Positions 1 to 12,200 of a stretch of 60,000 nucleotides of DNA are shown piece after piece. Both the position numbers and the translations under genes were made by a program. Below the pieces are notes generated by a model. It was not told where the DNA came from. It saw nothing but the letters and a program-made list of their open reading frames with translations, and ran no database searches. How positions within the stretch are numbered: the first letter of the stretch is position 1; each line of letters opens with the position of its first letter. This stretch comes from Camelus ferus. Its lineage: Eukaryota. The DNA lies in contig NC_045696.1 of NCBI RefSeq assembly GCF_009834535.1, forward strand, positions 56,484,001 to 56,544,000, read 5' to 3'.

Positions 1-1034
1 TTAGAAAATGGATATAATGAAAAAGAAAAAAATGGAATTAATAATACTAACCATTTCCTAGGCTTATTTTGACGATTAAAATTAGCATTTGTTAACATTT
101 GATATATAGCTGCTATTATTCTGATGTATCACAGACCTGGTAGGTTGTGGGGTTATTTTTGCTCCTTAATAGATTATAAGAAGAGGCAGAGTTTTGGTTG
201 ATAAGTGAGTAGTGGGGGGGGGGGGCAGATGAGGGTGGTGTGACGGGGATTGTGCCAGGAAAAGAGGGTATGAACAGCACTATATAACTTCAGGATGGTA
301 CTGGTGGAACTCGAGGTATGAGAGAGTAGTGAGAGATGAGACCAGAGAGAGGGACTGAATCCAGACTGTCAGTAGGGTTGCCTTTACCTGCTGTAGCTGT
401 GCATTTATATCAGAGCTTCTTGAAGGGGCTGAGTGTTCCCTAAGTCCTTTCTCCCACCCTGTCCAGAGCCGTCCCAGGCTTGTTAATACCCTTCCCATTA
501 AAGTGTGTCCCTGGCTGGGCAGATATGTTTAGTACTGTCTCTTGGTTATGTTCTCCTTTTGGGAAACATTGCTCCATAACTTCTCAGATACACCTGTAAT
601 CTACTGGTTATGCCTCCCCTACTGCTGACTTTCCCCCAGCAACATCCAGAAAGGCCAGCAACAATTGCTTGGGAAGTTGTCATTAACCCCCTCAAACATC
701 ATCTTAAGGCCCACTCTGATCCAAATGAATTCAAATGTGACTCACCTATAGAGATCTATTTGCATTTTATAGTAATAGAGTTCCAGATTCATACAGCAAA
801 TCAAACAAATCTGCATAGGATCAGCTTGGGTGAACTTGACTCAGTGGACAATCCCACATGGAATGTCGAAGTGCTGGAAGCCTGTCTGCTAAGGGTGCAT
901 CTGGTGGGCATGGAGCCTGGAGGTGGGGCCTGGGGGGCCTTCCTTGGATCCAGCAGGGTTGGGGCTGGGTTATGCTGGCTCACACTCTTTTTTAGCTGAA
1001 GCGTATTTCCTGCCTTTCTCTTTTTTCCTTCCAG

Positions 1035-1087
1035 ATTGTCTTTCTTTTTGGTGATTATCAACATACATCTACTTGTCCATGATATAG
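1035..1087 (+). pseudogene. Signal-peptide exon of the B7/BTNL-like gene (LSFFLVIINIHLLVHDI)
   Basis: Long pyrimidine tract + TTCCAG acceptor, ATAG|GTGAGT donor, hydrophobic translation, phase-1 end joins the IgV exon in frame (G+TG=Val). Confidence 0.7.
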
Positions 1088-1681
1088 GTGAGTCACTTTT
1101 CAAAAAATCTTTGTGGGTATTGCTGAAACAACTTTGGAGATAGGGAGGTAAATAGTGGTTTGGAGATTAGAAAAAAACAAGCACATGACTTCATCTCTCT
1201 GAACCTTACTTAGTCTTTTCATTCTTTAGATGTGAGTAACAATGCTGTATTTGTTTCACGGGAAATGGTGAAGAACAGATGGGAAAATATAACAGACCCA
1301 AATTGTAAAGCATTATTGTTTATTCTATTTCCATTTTTTTTAAATGAGAAAAGCCTCCCCATCCCCACCCCCAATCTGATTTGTCCGCTTGAGGCCATAT
1401 CTGGGTAACTACACTTATTCACATCTATAATTTGAACTCCTACCATGAAAAAAAAAACTAGACAGGCATCCGCACTTAAAGTGGTAAGTGCCAGTTTAGG
1501 GAATAGTATCACAGAATATTTGTGATCAGGTCTGCCTAAAAAATCTGGATGGGCAGTCAACACAGGGTTTGTGTAACTTTTTCTACTCAATTCTTCAAAA
1601 ACATGGAGATGAATAGTATATAGATATTGAAAATGTTAATGTCATTTAGCTAACTGAAAGTATATATGCAAAATTTTAAAA

Positions 1682-2000
1682 ATTTTTGGGAGGGAGGTAA
1701 TTAGGTTTATTTATGTATCTTTAAATTATTATTATTATTATTAATTTTTTAGTGGATTTACAATTCATAAACTACTAAAGATGAGTATCAACTCCACCAA
1801 AACAAAAAATTCCAGCAGTGCACCCAGGTATCGTCTCCAGGGCTTACACCCTTTTCACCTCTCGTCTACAGGAAAACTACGAGAAGACTACGAACGAGCT
1901 CGAGGTAGGGGCATACATGTAAAGTGGATGTACTGAGGATTGAACCCAGGACCTCGCGCATGCTAAGCATGCACTCTACCACTGAGCTATACCCTCCCCC
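1682..2000 (-). mobile_element. tRNA-Ala-derived SINE (camelid Vic-1 type) containing a nested 165-bp insert
   Basis: Head GGGGAGGGTATAGCTCAGTGGTAGAG...GGTTCAATCC (A/B boxes), tail AAATAAACCTAATTACCTCCC, TSD-like GCAAAA(A)TTT at 1668-1676 and 2001-2010. Confidence 0.85.
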
Positions 2001-2249
2001 GCAAAAATTTCTTTTAAAAACCATATATCCAAAACCTGCACTATAACTACTCTAAAAGTGATCAAACACATTTATAGTTTTCACGTGTATGTAGTCTCTC
2101 AGGCACCTACAGCAGTCCTGCCAGTCTCTTAAAGGTGGCAGCAGCTGGAAGGCATCCTCAGGCCCCAGAGTTCTATTCAGGAGTTAGTGCAAGGCCTGGT
2201 CCACCCAGGTTACCTTTGCTGACTTTTTTCTTTTGATGCTTAGTAAGTC

Positions 2250-2279
2250 TGTGTGTGTGTGTGTGCGTGTGTGTGTGTG
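2250..2279 (+). repeat. (TG)n microsatellite, one interruption
   Basis: Direct reading. Confidence 0.95.
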
Positions 2280-3339
2280 CAGAAAGGAGCAGAAAGGCAA
2301 AGTGAACTAGTAATCTAGTCATAGTCAGGAACAACCCAACCAAATAAATTAAAAGAATGTGTATATATGTGAGAAAGAAAAATGTGTGTTAGTTCTAATA
2401 CCTTACATTTTATAGCAGTAGTGACAACCTAATACTAGGTGCTAAGGACTATATTAGGTGTTTTAGATACAGTATCTTTTTACAGTTTTCAGAGTGTTTT
2501 CCCTTATTAGCTTTTCGCTGGCCTTTTGCCTCAGCTTCTCGGGCTTTGGGAAGCTAAAGAAACAAAGGTTTAGAAATAATACAGATTGAAATAGACAAAA
2601 GAGTTATTCAGCTTCAAGTAGGGCCATCTGCAGACACATCTGCAGATATTAAAGTCAAAAGTTGGCTTTAATATCACCAATTACATCATCGGCAGATCCT
2701 GTTTCAGATTTACTTGCCAGAGCCTTTGGATTCCTGAGTCTCAGACCTGAGCAAGACCTCCTGGATATAAACTGAGAATCTAGAATCAAGGACCTTTCAT
2801 GAGTGAGCCACATATTTCTATGAAAGAGATTGGGAAAAAGGGCAGCTTACTAACTTATCCACCCATTTGGTCTACTCCTTCTGACCCTCTGGAAAATGAC
2901 TGAACCATGTCACATAAAAACAGTCCCTAAGATTCCCAAAGTATTTCATAACAACCCTGGGGCAGGTGTTTTTGCCCTAATTATACATAAGGAAACTAAC
3001 ATAAATGAGATTCAGTGACTTGCCCAATTTCAAATGACTAGGAAGAGGACTTATAACTTGCATTTACAAATCTACCAAGATTTTTCATACCTGTAATCGA
3101 CTGCTTCTTGATTATAGCCATGTCAGACACATAACAATTTGAGCAGGAAAGTGCTTGGTTTTTTTAATATGCAATTCCTTCCTTCTGAAATTTAGACAAG
3201 TTGTTTCATCTTAGCTCCTTTTTTCCATTCTCTGTCTTCCTTTATATTCATTCAGTCATTTGTTTAATTAGTCATTTTTTCATTCATCAACTTAGAACGA
3301 GTGCCTACTGTTAGAAGAAAGAACCCGATTCAGATGGAG

Positions 3340-3530
3340 CCAGACTTAGCCTGGGTTTGAATCATAGCCCTACTTCTTACTAGCCAAGTGTCCCTGAACA
3401 ACTTACTTCACCTCACTGTGCCTTGGTTTTCTCAATAGTACCTACCTCGGTGTTAGTATGCAGATTAAATGAATTAGTTCAGGAAAAGCTCTTAGAATAT
3501 GTCTAGTGCATTGTAAAATTTAATAAATGT
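3340..3530 (+). mobile_element. MIR SINE (one of many; others near 7950-8140, 19460-19610, 30610-30760, 35800-35980, 42660-42830, 43050-43220, 43590-43740)
   Basis: CTGGGTTTGAATC...CTTACTAGC...TTACTTCACCTCACTGTGCCTTGGTTTTCTCA core. Confidence 0.75.
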
Positions 3531-3538
3531 TACCTGAT

Positions 3539-3996
3539 ACATTAGTTAGGGTTCTCCAGAGAAATGGAACAAACAAAATCTATATAAGGGGTTCAAGTGA
3601 TTATGGAGGTGAGAAGTCCCTGGATCTGCACTGGGCAAGCTGGAGACCCAGGAGAGCCTATGGTGTAGTTCTTTTTCAAGTCTGAAGCTCACAACCCAAG
3701 AAGAGCCTATGTTTCAGTTCCAGTCTGAAGGCGGGAAAAGACCAAATTCTTAGCTCAAACAGCTGGGCAAGAGGAGTTCCCTGCTCCTCAAGGGAGGGTT
3801 GGTCTTTTTGTTCTATTCAGGACTTCAACTGATTGAGGCCACCCACATTAGAGAGACCAATCAGCTATACTCAGTCTACCGATTCAAATGTTAATCTCAT
3901 CTAAAAACACCCTCACAGACGTGCCCAGAGTAATGTTTGACCAAATATCTGTGGACCCTGTGACCCGGTCAAATTGACACATAAAATTAACCACCA
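3539..3996 (-). mobile_element. ERVL solo LTR, MLT2 family
   Basis: Termini ATTAGTTAGGGTTCTCCAGAGAAA ... TTGACACATAAAATTAACCA typical of MLT2. Confidence 0.8.
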
Positions 3997-4829
3997 GACC
4001 ATACACTTTTTACTGTGTCAAGTTCTGTGCTAGGCACTGGTGAAACAGGGTTAAGATATGGTCTCTGTCCTTTGTGGACAGTCTATGCCCAACCCCATCA
4101 ATAGCCACGTGGCTGCTACTGCTGAAATGAGCAGATTGCATCTATTATTCAGCTGGACTGTCCCCAGCCGGATGTCTCTCTGACTGCTCTTTGCTGGGCT
4201 GATGGCTTAGAAGCTTCCTTGCCTATTAACATCCACCATTTGAGTTTTCCGTAGTGCCTTACCTATTTCTTTCTTCTATTTAATCTCACTACATTATATC
4301 AAACAATATCCTTACTTAGGCTCATGATGACTTAGTTCTTCCTCCTTTCTGGTGCTTGTTGCTTGCATAGTGTTCCTAGGAGAAAAAGAAAAAATTTCAC
4401 TATCTGTGTTACTCGAGTTGGGAATTAGTCTTTTAGGCTCAAAAGTTCGGTGACTATGACCCAAAATTTTTTTCAATTCTGAGGTCTTGTTTCTTTCTGT
4501 GGTACTACCAGTCTCTTACTTCGTGGCCCCGAGCAACTTTGCTCCCTGGGTTTCAGTTTTGTCTTTTAGTAGCAGAGACATTTGACAGAAGTATTCTGAC
4601 ATGGAAACCCAATTCATAAAGTAAATTAGAGATGGATTGTTCTGATTGAAGTGGTAAAAGAATGGAGGTCTCACTGATTTGATCTTTCACCTGGCTGTCA
4701 ATGGGGTGGGATGTGGGGAAAATAATTTGAAAAGATTGAATCAGATGATCTCTAAGCTTTCTCCCAGCTCTAACATAATCAGATTCTATTCCAGGTCATG
4801 ATACTATGAATAGTACATAGTGCATAGCT

Positions 4830-5430
4830 GTATTCCCCTTGGCCCTCAGCCCCTTCTGTTCATGACTCTGCCCAGACCAGTAGATATTTATGGCAGGTAG
4901 AGTAGACTGACTTACTGAAAATCTATTCTTATCTTTTTGATGTGCTTTCCTGGGCTACTGAGACTAGAGAGTGAAAAAACATTTCCAAGATTTCTTTGCA
5001 GTTTAGGTTCTGAAAATGACGTAGGCTCTGCCAATCAGATACATTTGCTAACTGATACAAATTTAAGTGAGGAGAAAGGATATAGTGCAGAGGCATCCTT
5101 TCTTTTTTTTCAGTGTGAATCCAGCAGATGCAGTGTGGCTCAGGAGCCAGCCAGTTCCTGCAGTGACAGCTCCCTCACCTACCAGCTCCCTGATGTGACA
5201 GAGGCAGTGGCTCCACTGGCAGACAAGCTTAGCATTCTGTTCTGAGCCTAGCATCATTCAGGAAAGGACAGAACACATACATTGCATGTTTCACCTTCTA
5301 TGCCTTTCTTTGGGCTCTTTCCTCCAGCATCCCAACGATTTTGTAAATGTCTAATTCACTGTACTAAATCCCTTTCTGCTTGAAATAGCTACAGTGATTT
5401 TTTTCATCTTGTTAAACCTTACCTGATGCA
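4830..5430 (+). mobile_element. ERVL solo LTR, LTR33-like
   Basis: TAGGCTCTGCCAATCAGAT motif and 3' end TAAATCCCTTTCTGCTTGAAATAGCTA...CCTGATGCA. Confidence 0.6.
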
Positions 5431-5488
5431 GTGTTCACTGGTCTTTATAATTGCCTTGCTAACTTCATTTCTTCTTCTACGTCCTCAG

Positions 5489-5894
5489 TGTCTACAGAAG
5501 AGTTACGGGCCCACCCTTTCACTGATGTTACCCTTTCCTGTCATTTCTCCTTTGTGGAGGGCACAGAAAATCTGGAGTTTTCTTGGGAAAGAGAAGACAT
5601 CAAAGAGGAATATAAGGTAGAGGATGATAAAGAATATTACCGCTTTTTCAGGTACTATGATTTTTTTGAAGTTTTCTCAAAGTTGGTTTACCAGTTTCAC
5701 AATAACACAGAGCAACTAGAGGACCAAAACTCCTTGTATGAGGGGAGAGTCTCCGTGGATCGGGATGAAATTTTCTGAGGAGACCCTATCGCTTTTACTA
5801 AGAAGTGTGGATTTCCTGGATGAAGCTATCTACAAGTGCTCAGCCATCACACCAAGCAGAAGATGCGAAAGTACAGTTAGACTAATAGTAGAAG
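5489..5894 (+). pseudogene. IgV-domain exon, B7/BTN type, with +1 frameshift at 5771-5774
   Basis: Branch point GCTAAC + pyrimidine tract + CCTCAG acceptor; motifs VTLSC, FSW, QNSLYEGRVSV, LSLLLRSVDFLDEAIYKC, VRLIVE; donor GAAG|GTGAGG; 406 bp = 3n+1. Confidence 0.88.
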
Positions 5895-6851
5895 GTGAGG
5901 GTTGGATTAACTTGGTTTTAAGCTCTGTCTCTGTTCACAAAGATAAACTATAAGTTTTCTTTCCCGGTATTCTCAATTTTTCTCTTCTACTCAAGTTATT
6001 ATAGATACTTCTTAATCCCATCATGAGAGTCAGGTATTTGGAATGTCAGTTCATTTTAGCTAAAAACATTGCTCAGAACCAAAGGTGTTACATCTGCACC
6101 TGACTACATCATTCATTAATTCAAACAAGCAAACAAAACATAAAAAAAAAAAAAGTGACACTGGTCCTATCCCAAACGCACCAAACAAATTGTCATATGG
6201 AAAACCAAAATGTTACATAAGACTCCTACATGAAAGCTCTGAGATATGATGTGTGGTTTAGTGAGAAGAGCCCTGTGCTGGGAGTCAGGAGGCCCAAGAT
6301 CTCATTCTATGAATCGGGTAAATCATTTAGCTTTTCCAGGTTTCATTCTTTTACTATTAAAATGTAAGAGTGCGCTGGACCAGTGGATCGCCATAGTGCC
6401 CCAAGGATACTCACCCTTTTCAGGATTACATGGAGAGTGGTCTGCTCCTCATCAGAGAACTCATGAAGGTGGAGAGAGGCATGGCAGAGTTCCTCAGGGT
6501 AAGGGTTGGAAGAGATAGGAAGGTACAGCTGAGAATCATGTGTTATCTTCTGTGATTCTCAGCAGGCTTGTCTGAGGTTAGCAGAATCTGAAATGAACCC
6601 TCCCTGCCAAGAAGGGGAAGATGCCAAAAATAAAGGCAGCAGTGGTAGATGAGACCTGGAGGGCAGGAGCATGTGTGTATCCTGATATTCTCTCACTGTG
6701 CCTTGATCTGAATTTTAGCCACCATGAACCTCAAGATGTGAGGCTTACATAAGGGTTAATGTAAAAACTCAGGGCAAGATTTCTGCTAGCCTCATCCTCC
6801 GGGGCTGGAATTAAAAAAGGAACTAATTGCTTTGTTAGTTTTTCCAACCAG

Positions 6852-7134
6852 ACTCTGAAATGCCAGGTGCTGCTTGATAAGATTGATGATGAGGACGTGG
6901 CCACGTGCATCTCTAAGGGCTGGTACCTCACGCCCAATGTGATCTGGCTGGACCAGGCGGAGAGGGACCTGAGCAACCACAGCACCGTGGAGGTCCTGGA
7001 GGAGCAGATGAATGGCTTCTTCAGGGTGTTCTCTGTCCTGAAATACCCTGTCAGGTTAAGTGAGAACTATGTCTACCGCATAACAGAGACAGATGTGAAC
7101 AACCAGCCCTTCAGAGTCGTCCACAGGTACACGA
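6852..7134 (+). pseudogene. IgC-domain exon, B7/BTN type, frameshift near 6863-6867 and second Cys replaced by Tyr (TAC 7074-7076)
   Basis: AACCAG acceptor, ACGA|GTAAGT donor; motifs TCISKGWYxTPNVIW, NGFFRVFSVL; 283 bp = 3n+1. Confidence 0.88.
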
Positions 7135-8929
7135 GTAAGTGAGTTAAAGAAGGGTGTATTTCACCACAAAGAAGTCATCATTCAGTAATACTGACCCAGT
7201 GCCAAATGTGGCAGGTGCTCCTGGGCCCTTTGGAGACTTAAAGAAACTCAGGAACAGAAGCTTGTAGCCTGGGGCAGGAGAAGGTGGTGAGGTGGAGTCT
7301 CTTTGGGTTTGAAAAAAGATCACACTTCAGAGGCTGACAGCTTTCACCCTGTTGATGTGGCTGTTACTATTGATGAGGATTTTCTTCCCTCTGCTGAGGA
7401 CATCGGCTTTATGATGTGACAGGCCAAGTAATCATAGCTGCCGTCTATCAGCCTCTCACCTCGTGCCTGGCACTTCACACATCATTTTAAGTGCTTGCCT
7501 CGACCCTGCAAGGTAATTGTTATTGCTGCCCCTCTCCTGTGTGAGGAAACCCAGAAGGCAAATCATTTGATCAAGGACATGGCTAATAAGTACATAAATT
7601 AGAATTCAAACCCTTTCTTATCTGAACCCAGAATTCATGCACTTTATTTTCTTACACCAGGCATTTATATATCTAAGATTGTAGACTGCATGAAGAGGTC
7701 TAAATCATCTAGGCTTGGAGAAGGGGAGCTCCTGTGTGATAAGTAATGAGACTAGGAGTGAAGTCACTGCACCATTCATAAATCTTGGAAAGCCCTAACA
7801 TTGCTGTCTAACTAAACTCTGCAGAACTCTGTAGTTCCTTGGGAGAAAATTTGATGGATTATTTTTTATATGTCTGTTCTGTTACTTCTAAACTGTGCCT
7901 GCATTCTTCAAGGAAGGATTCAAGAACTTGAAAAAGCATTTAGGAAAAGGAACATGTATTTATTGAACACCTACTGTGTGTTAGAGTGGTACCTAGGTAC
8001 CTTCACATGCCATATTTAACACCACAGTGACTTCTGAGGTAGATGCCCCCATTTAACAGAGGAGGGAACTGAGGCTGAGGAGAAGGTAAATTACTGAAGG
8101 CTACAGAGCTGGAAGTGTTAGAACCCAGGATTTGAACCCAGGTTTAACTATTAACAAAGGCCTGGGTACTTTCTGCCCTACCATGGCTGACTCAGGGGCA
8201 TTCAGTTCCGGAGCCTTAGGCAGTGACTGATCTAGGCTGCTACCTGCGTCCCACCTGCTCTCCTTCAAGGAGAAAGGGGATGGTGATGAGTAAACTTGCA
8301 CGTGAGCTAATTCCTTCTACTTTCCTGTGGCTCCAACTCAGACTTCCTTGGAGGGTTAGATCTGGCAAGGACTTTGGCTGTCATCTTCTACTAACCACAG
8401 CATGTGGCAGTGAGGAAACAGAAGTCCAAAGAGGTGGCGTAGTTGTCCAAGGGTGAACAGCCTCTATACAAGGAGTGACAATGGAGTCTGGCTTCATGCA
8501 AAAGTTGGATGGCCACCTTTAGGTTTAGTCTATATGGGCCTGGCAATTAATCAAACATTCAAGACACTTTTTTTAAACCCTGGATCTCCCAGTAACTAGC
8601 TGTGAACATTATACAACTGTTAAAAACTATTCACTAACATTTTTAATGATATGGGGAAAGGCTTACAATATGCTGTCAAATTTTAAAAAGCAAGATGTAA
8701 GCTTGTATGTGTAGCATGAGGCCCAGTTGTTTAACTGTATGCAGATTAAAAAGATAGGAAGTACAATAATAATAATAATAATAGTTAACAACAATTACTG
8801 GCTACCTCTGCATGATGGGATTATAGGCAACTTTTATTTTCTTCTTTGTACTTCTGTCTTATGCAACATTCTACAATGAACAGATATTATTTTTATAGTC
8901 CAAAAAAGCTATACTTTAAAAACATTTTC

Positions 8930-10850
8930 ATGAGATATGCTTCACATACCATAAAATCCATCTGTTTTGAAGTGTACTTTCAATTGTTTTAGTATATTCA
9001 CAGAACTGTGCAACCATCACCACCATCTAATTTTAGAATATTTTTATTACCCTAAGAAGAAAGCTTCATACCCAACAGCACTCACTCTCCATTCCTCCCA
9101 CTGTGTCCCTCAGTCCCAGGAAAACATTAATCTAATTTCTGACTGTATGGATTGCCTATTTGGACCTTTCATATAAATGGAATCATACAAGGTGTGGTAA
9201 CTGGTTTCTTTCACTCAGGATATTGTTTTCAAGGTGCAACATGTTGCAACGTATCTCAGCACTTCATTTATTTTTAATGCTGCATGATATTCCATTGTGT
9301 GGATAGACCACATTTTATTTGTCCATTCACCAGTTAATAGAAATTGGATTGTTTCCACTTTTTGACTATAGTGAATGATGCTGCTATGAATATTTGTGCA
9401 AAATTTTGTGTGAATCTATGTTTTCACTTATCTTGGTAAATACTGGAAGTGAAATTGCTGGATCATACGGTAACTATTTTGTAACCCCTTGAGGAATTGC
9501 CAGACTGTTTTCCAAAGTGGCTGCACCACTTTACATTTCCACCAGCAGTCTATGAGGGTTCTAATTTCTCAGCATGGTTGTCAGCACTCACTTTTACCTG
9601 TATTTTTTTTCAGTCATCCTAGTGGGTGTGGGTGGTATCTTATTGTGGGTTTGATTTGCATTTCCTTGGTGGCTAATGATGTTGAGCATCTTTTTCATGT
9701 GCTTATTGGTGATTTCTTTGGAGAAATATATATTCAATTTTGCCCATTTAAAAATGGGTTATTTATCTTTTATTATTGAGTTGGAAGTGTTCTTTATATA
9801 TTTTGAATACTCATTCCTTGTCAAATGCTTTTTCTGTATCTGTTGAGGTGCTCATGTGGTCTTTGTCCCTTATTCTACAATATGGTATATTACACTGATT
9901 GATTTTAGTATATTAAACTGATCTTGTATTTCTGGGATAGATCATGCTCGGTTATGGTATACAACCCTTTTTATATGTTGCTGGATACCATTTATAGGCA
10001 TTTTGTTGAGGATTTTTGCATCTATAGTCCTAAGAGCTATTGGTCTGTAGTTTTCTCTTCTTGTGATTTCTTTGTCTGGTTTTGGTATCAGGGTAATACT
10101 GGCCTCATAAAGTAAGTTGAAATGTGTTCCCTTATCTTCTGTTTTTTGGAAGGGTTTCTGAAGGATTGGTGTTAATTCTTCACATTTCAGTTTTATTCCC
10201 TCTATTGTTTTTCTATTCTCTAATTCATTTACTTCCACTCTAGTCTTTATTATTTCTTTCCTTCTGCTTGCTTTGAGTTTGGTCTGATTTTGTTTTTCTA
10301 GTAACTTAAGGTAGAAAGTTAGGTTATTGATTTGAGATCTTTCTTCTTTTTTTAATATAGGCATTTACAGCAGTAAATTTCTCTCTCAGCACTGATTTAG
10401 CTGCATCCCATAAGAACTGATATGTTATGTTTTTATTTTTTATTCATCTCAAAGTATTCTCTAATTTCCTTTGAGATTTCTTCTTTGACCCATCGGTTAT
10501 TCAGAATTGTGTTGTTTAATTTCTACATATTTTTTTATTTCCTAAATTTCATTCTGTTATTGCATCCTAATTTCATCCCATTTTAATAAGCTTTTTTTTT
10601 AAGTGTGAGTTCTCCAGCTTTGTTCTTCTTTTTCAAAATTGTTTCGGCTATTCTATATCTCTCTTTGCATTTTCTTGCATTTCCATATAAATTTTCTGAT
10701 CAGCGTGTCAACTTCTGTTACAAAGAAAGCTGGGTTTTTGATAGAGATGGTGTTGAATCTGTAGATCAATTTGGATAGCATTGCCATCTAACAATATTAA
10801 GTCTTTTAAGATCCATGAATATGTGATGTCTTTCCATTTATTTAAAGGTA
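8930..10850 (-). mobile_element. Old L1 (L1M) 3' end plus discontinuous ORF2 fragments
   Basis: ORF 9942..10364 contains L1 ORF2 peptides (YEASITLIPKPDKE, ENYRPIAL..IDAKILNK); L1 3'UTR motifs at 8930-9800. Confidence 0.9.
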
Positions 10851-12019
10851 CATGTTAAAAAATATATAAAATAAAATGTAGAAGCCCTGAGGTTAAATGA
10901 ATTTGGAGAGGAAAAAAACTGATATGAGACATATTAGAGAAGTAAAATCAACTTTAATAATAATTTTGCTACTGTTATATTGTTGAAGGGTATAATGACT
11001 CAAATCCACCCTACTGCAAGAAAGATAAAGAGAAGGGGAAAAAATGAGGAAGAGAGAGAAAGGAAGGGAGGGAAGACAATAGAGAGGGACAGAGGTATGG
11101 AGCAGGGAGAGAACGCAACACTTACTGGCAAGCTAGACAAAGACAGAAAATGTTTATCTCATTTAGTGCCTTGCAGCTCTTTCCTGACCTTAGCAAGAGG
11201 TGCTCATGGAGCAATCGTCCAGCAACTAGAGCAGAAAAGATTGAGAATTGATAATAACGGTATCTTTCTCATGGGATTACTATGAGAATGAAAAGATTTA
11301 GTAAAGCTAAAGGCTCCTAGAATAGTTCCTGGTACATAGTACCCTAACAATAAATGTTAAGTGTTACTATCATTAATAATGATCTTGTTACCATTTTTAT
11401 TATTTCAATATATTAAGTGTGCTTGTCTGGAAGAGGGTAGGGCTATAGACTGTGTCCTTTACGCATTGTTCCTGAGTCATAAAATTGCTGACTAATAATG
11501 GGCAAAATTTAAGATAAAAATCGCGACATCTGTTTAAATAAGCTGATCAGGCATAATTGAGTATAAAAAGCCAAAAACAAGAAAAGGAGACTCCAAATTT
11601 TTAAAAAGCAGGTGCTTATTTTATTGTATATATGTATCAATTATGGAAAATTCAGACAATATTGCAAGAGGAAAGAATAATCTTTTTCCTTCCTATGAGT
11701 TTATTATAATAAACACATATTTTTCTAACTTAAAAAAATGGGGAGGAACTACACAGGCTTTAGAGAAGAGAAACAGGTTCATATAATAAAAGATCAAATA
11801 ATTAAACCTAATCTTACAAAGAAAAGATTAAGAGATTATGTTATTTTGGCCTCAAATATTTAAAGGACTTTTATGAAACTGCTGATTTGCTGTTGATGAG
11901 ATTTGTGGAGCATATAATAAAATGGAATAGTTATAAATTAAAACATGAAGACTTCAAAATATCATTTAAAATTTGTCAAAACTGGACTAGGTGACTGAAG
12001 AAGAGTGTTGAATCTCTGG

Positions 12020-12023
<4 letters not shown>

Positions 12024-12051
<28 letters not shown>
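12024..12051 (+). repeat. (GT)n microsatellite
   Basis: Direct reading. Confidence 0.95.
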
Positions 12052-12200
12052 TTATGGGTACAATAAAGAAAACAGCAAATTCTTAAAAAGAGCTCTTATT
12101 TGGCTTTAGCTGCTGTTTTAAGGGTTTACAGATTGTTTTTTACTTAATTAATCTTTGTGGAAACCCTATGAGGTAAGAAATAGTATTATCCATATATAAG

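Larger units (their letters stand above)
1035..7134 (+). pseudogene. BTNL12P: Disabled B7/butyrophilin-like Ig-superfamily gene (signal-IgV-IgC), probable ortholog of BTNL12P next to FSTL1
   Basis: Three exons with canonical splice sites and phase-1 Ig junctions; two frameshifts and a Cys->Tyr change. Symbol is from recalled synteny with human 3q13.33 (LRRC58-BTNL12P-FSTL1), not from an alignment. Confidence 0.7.

Noticed and set aside
610..999. 129-aa ORF upstream of the signal exon as possible first coding exon of the BTNL-like gene
   Set aside because: No convincing phase-2 donor to join 1035; the ATG-containing exon could not be located.
1757..1790. FTIHKLLK resemblance to SF1B helicase motif Ib in the SINE-nested insert
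   Set aside because: Too short to support homology without a database search, and no downstream Walker B motif is present in the insert.
1930..2000. tRNA-Ala(AGC)-like sequence on the minus strand
   Set aside because: It is the head of a SINE: altered acceptor stem, SINE tail and TSDs, and related fragments elsewhere in the window.
9942..10364. 140-aa ORF
   Set aside because: Fusion of two discontinuous L1 ORF2 fragments.
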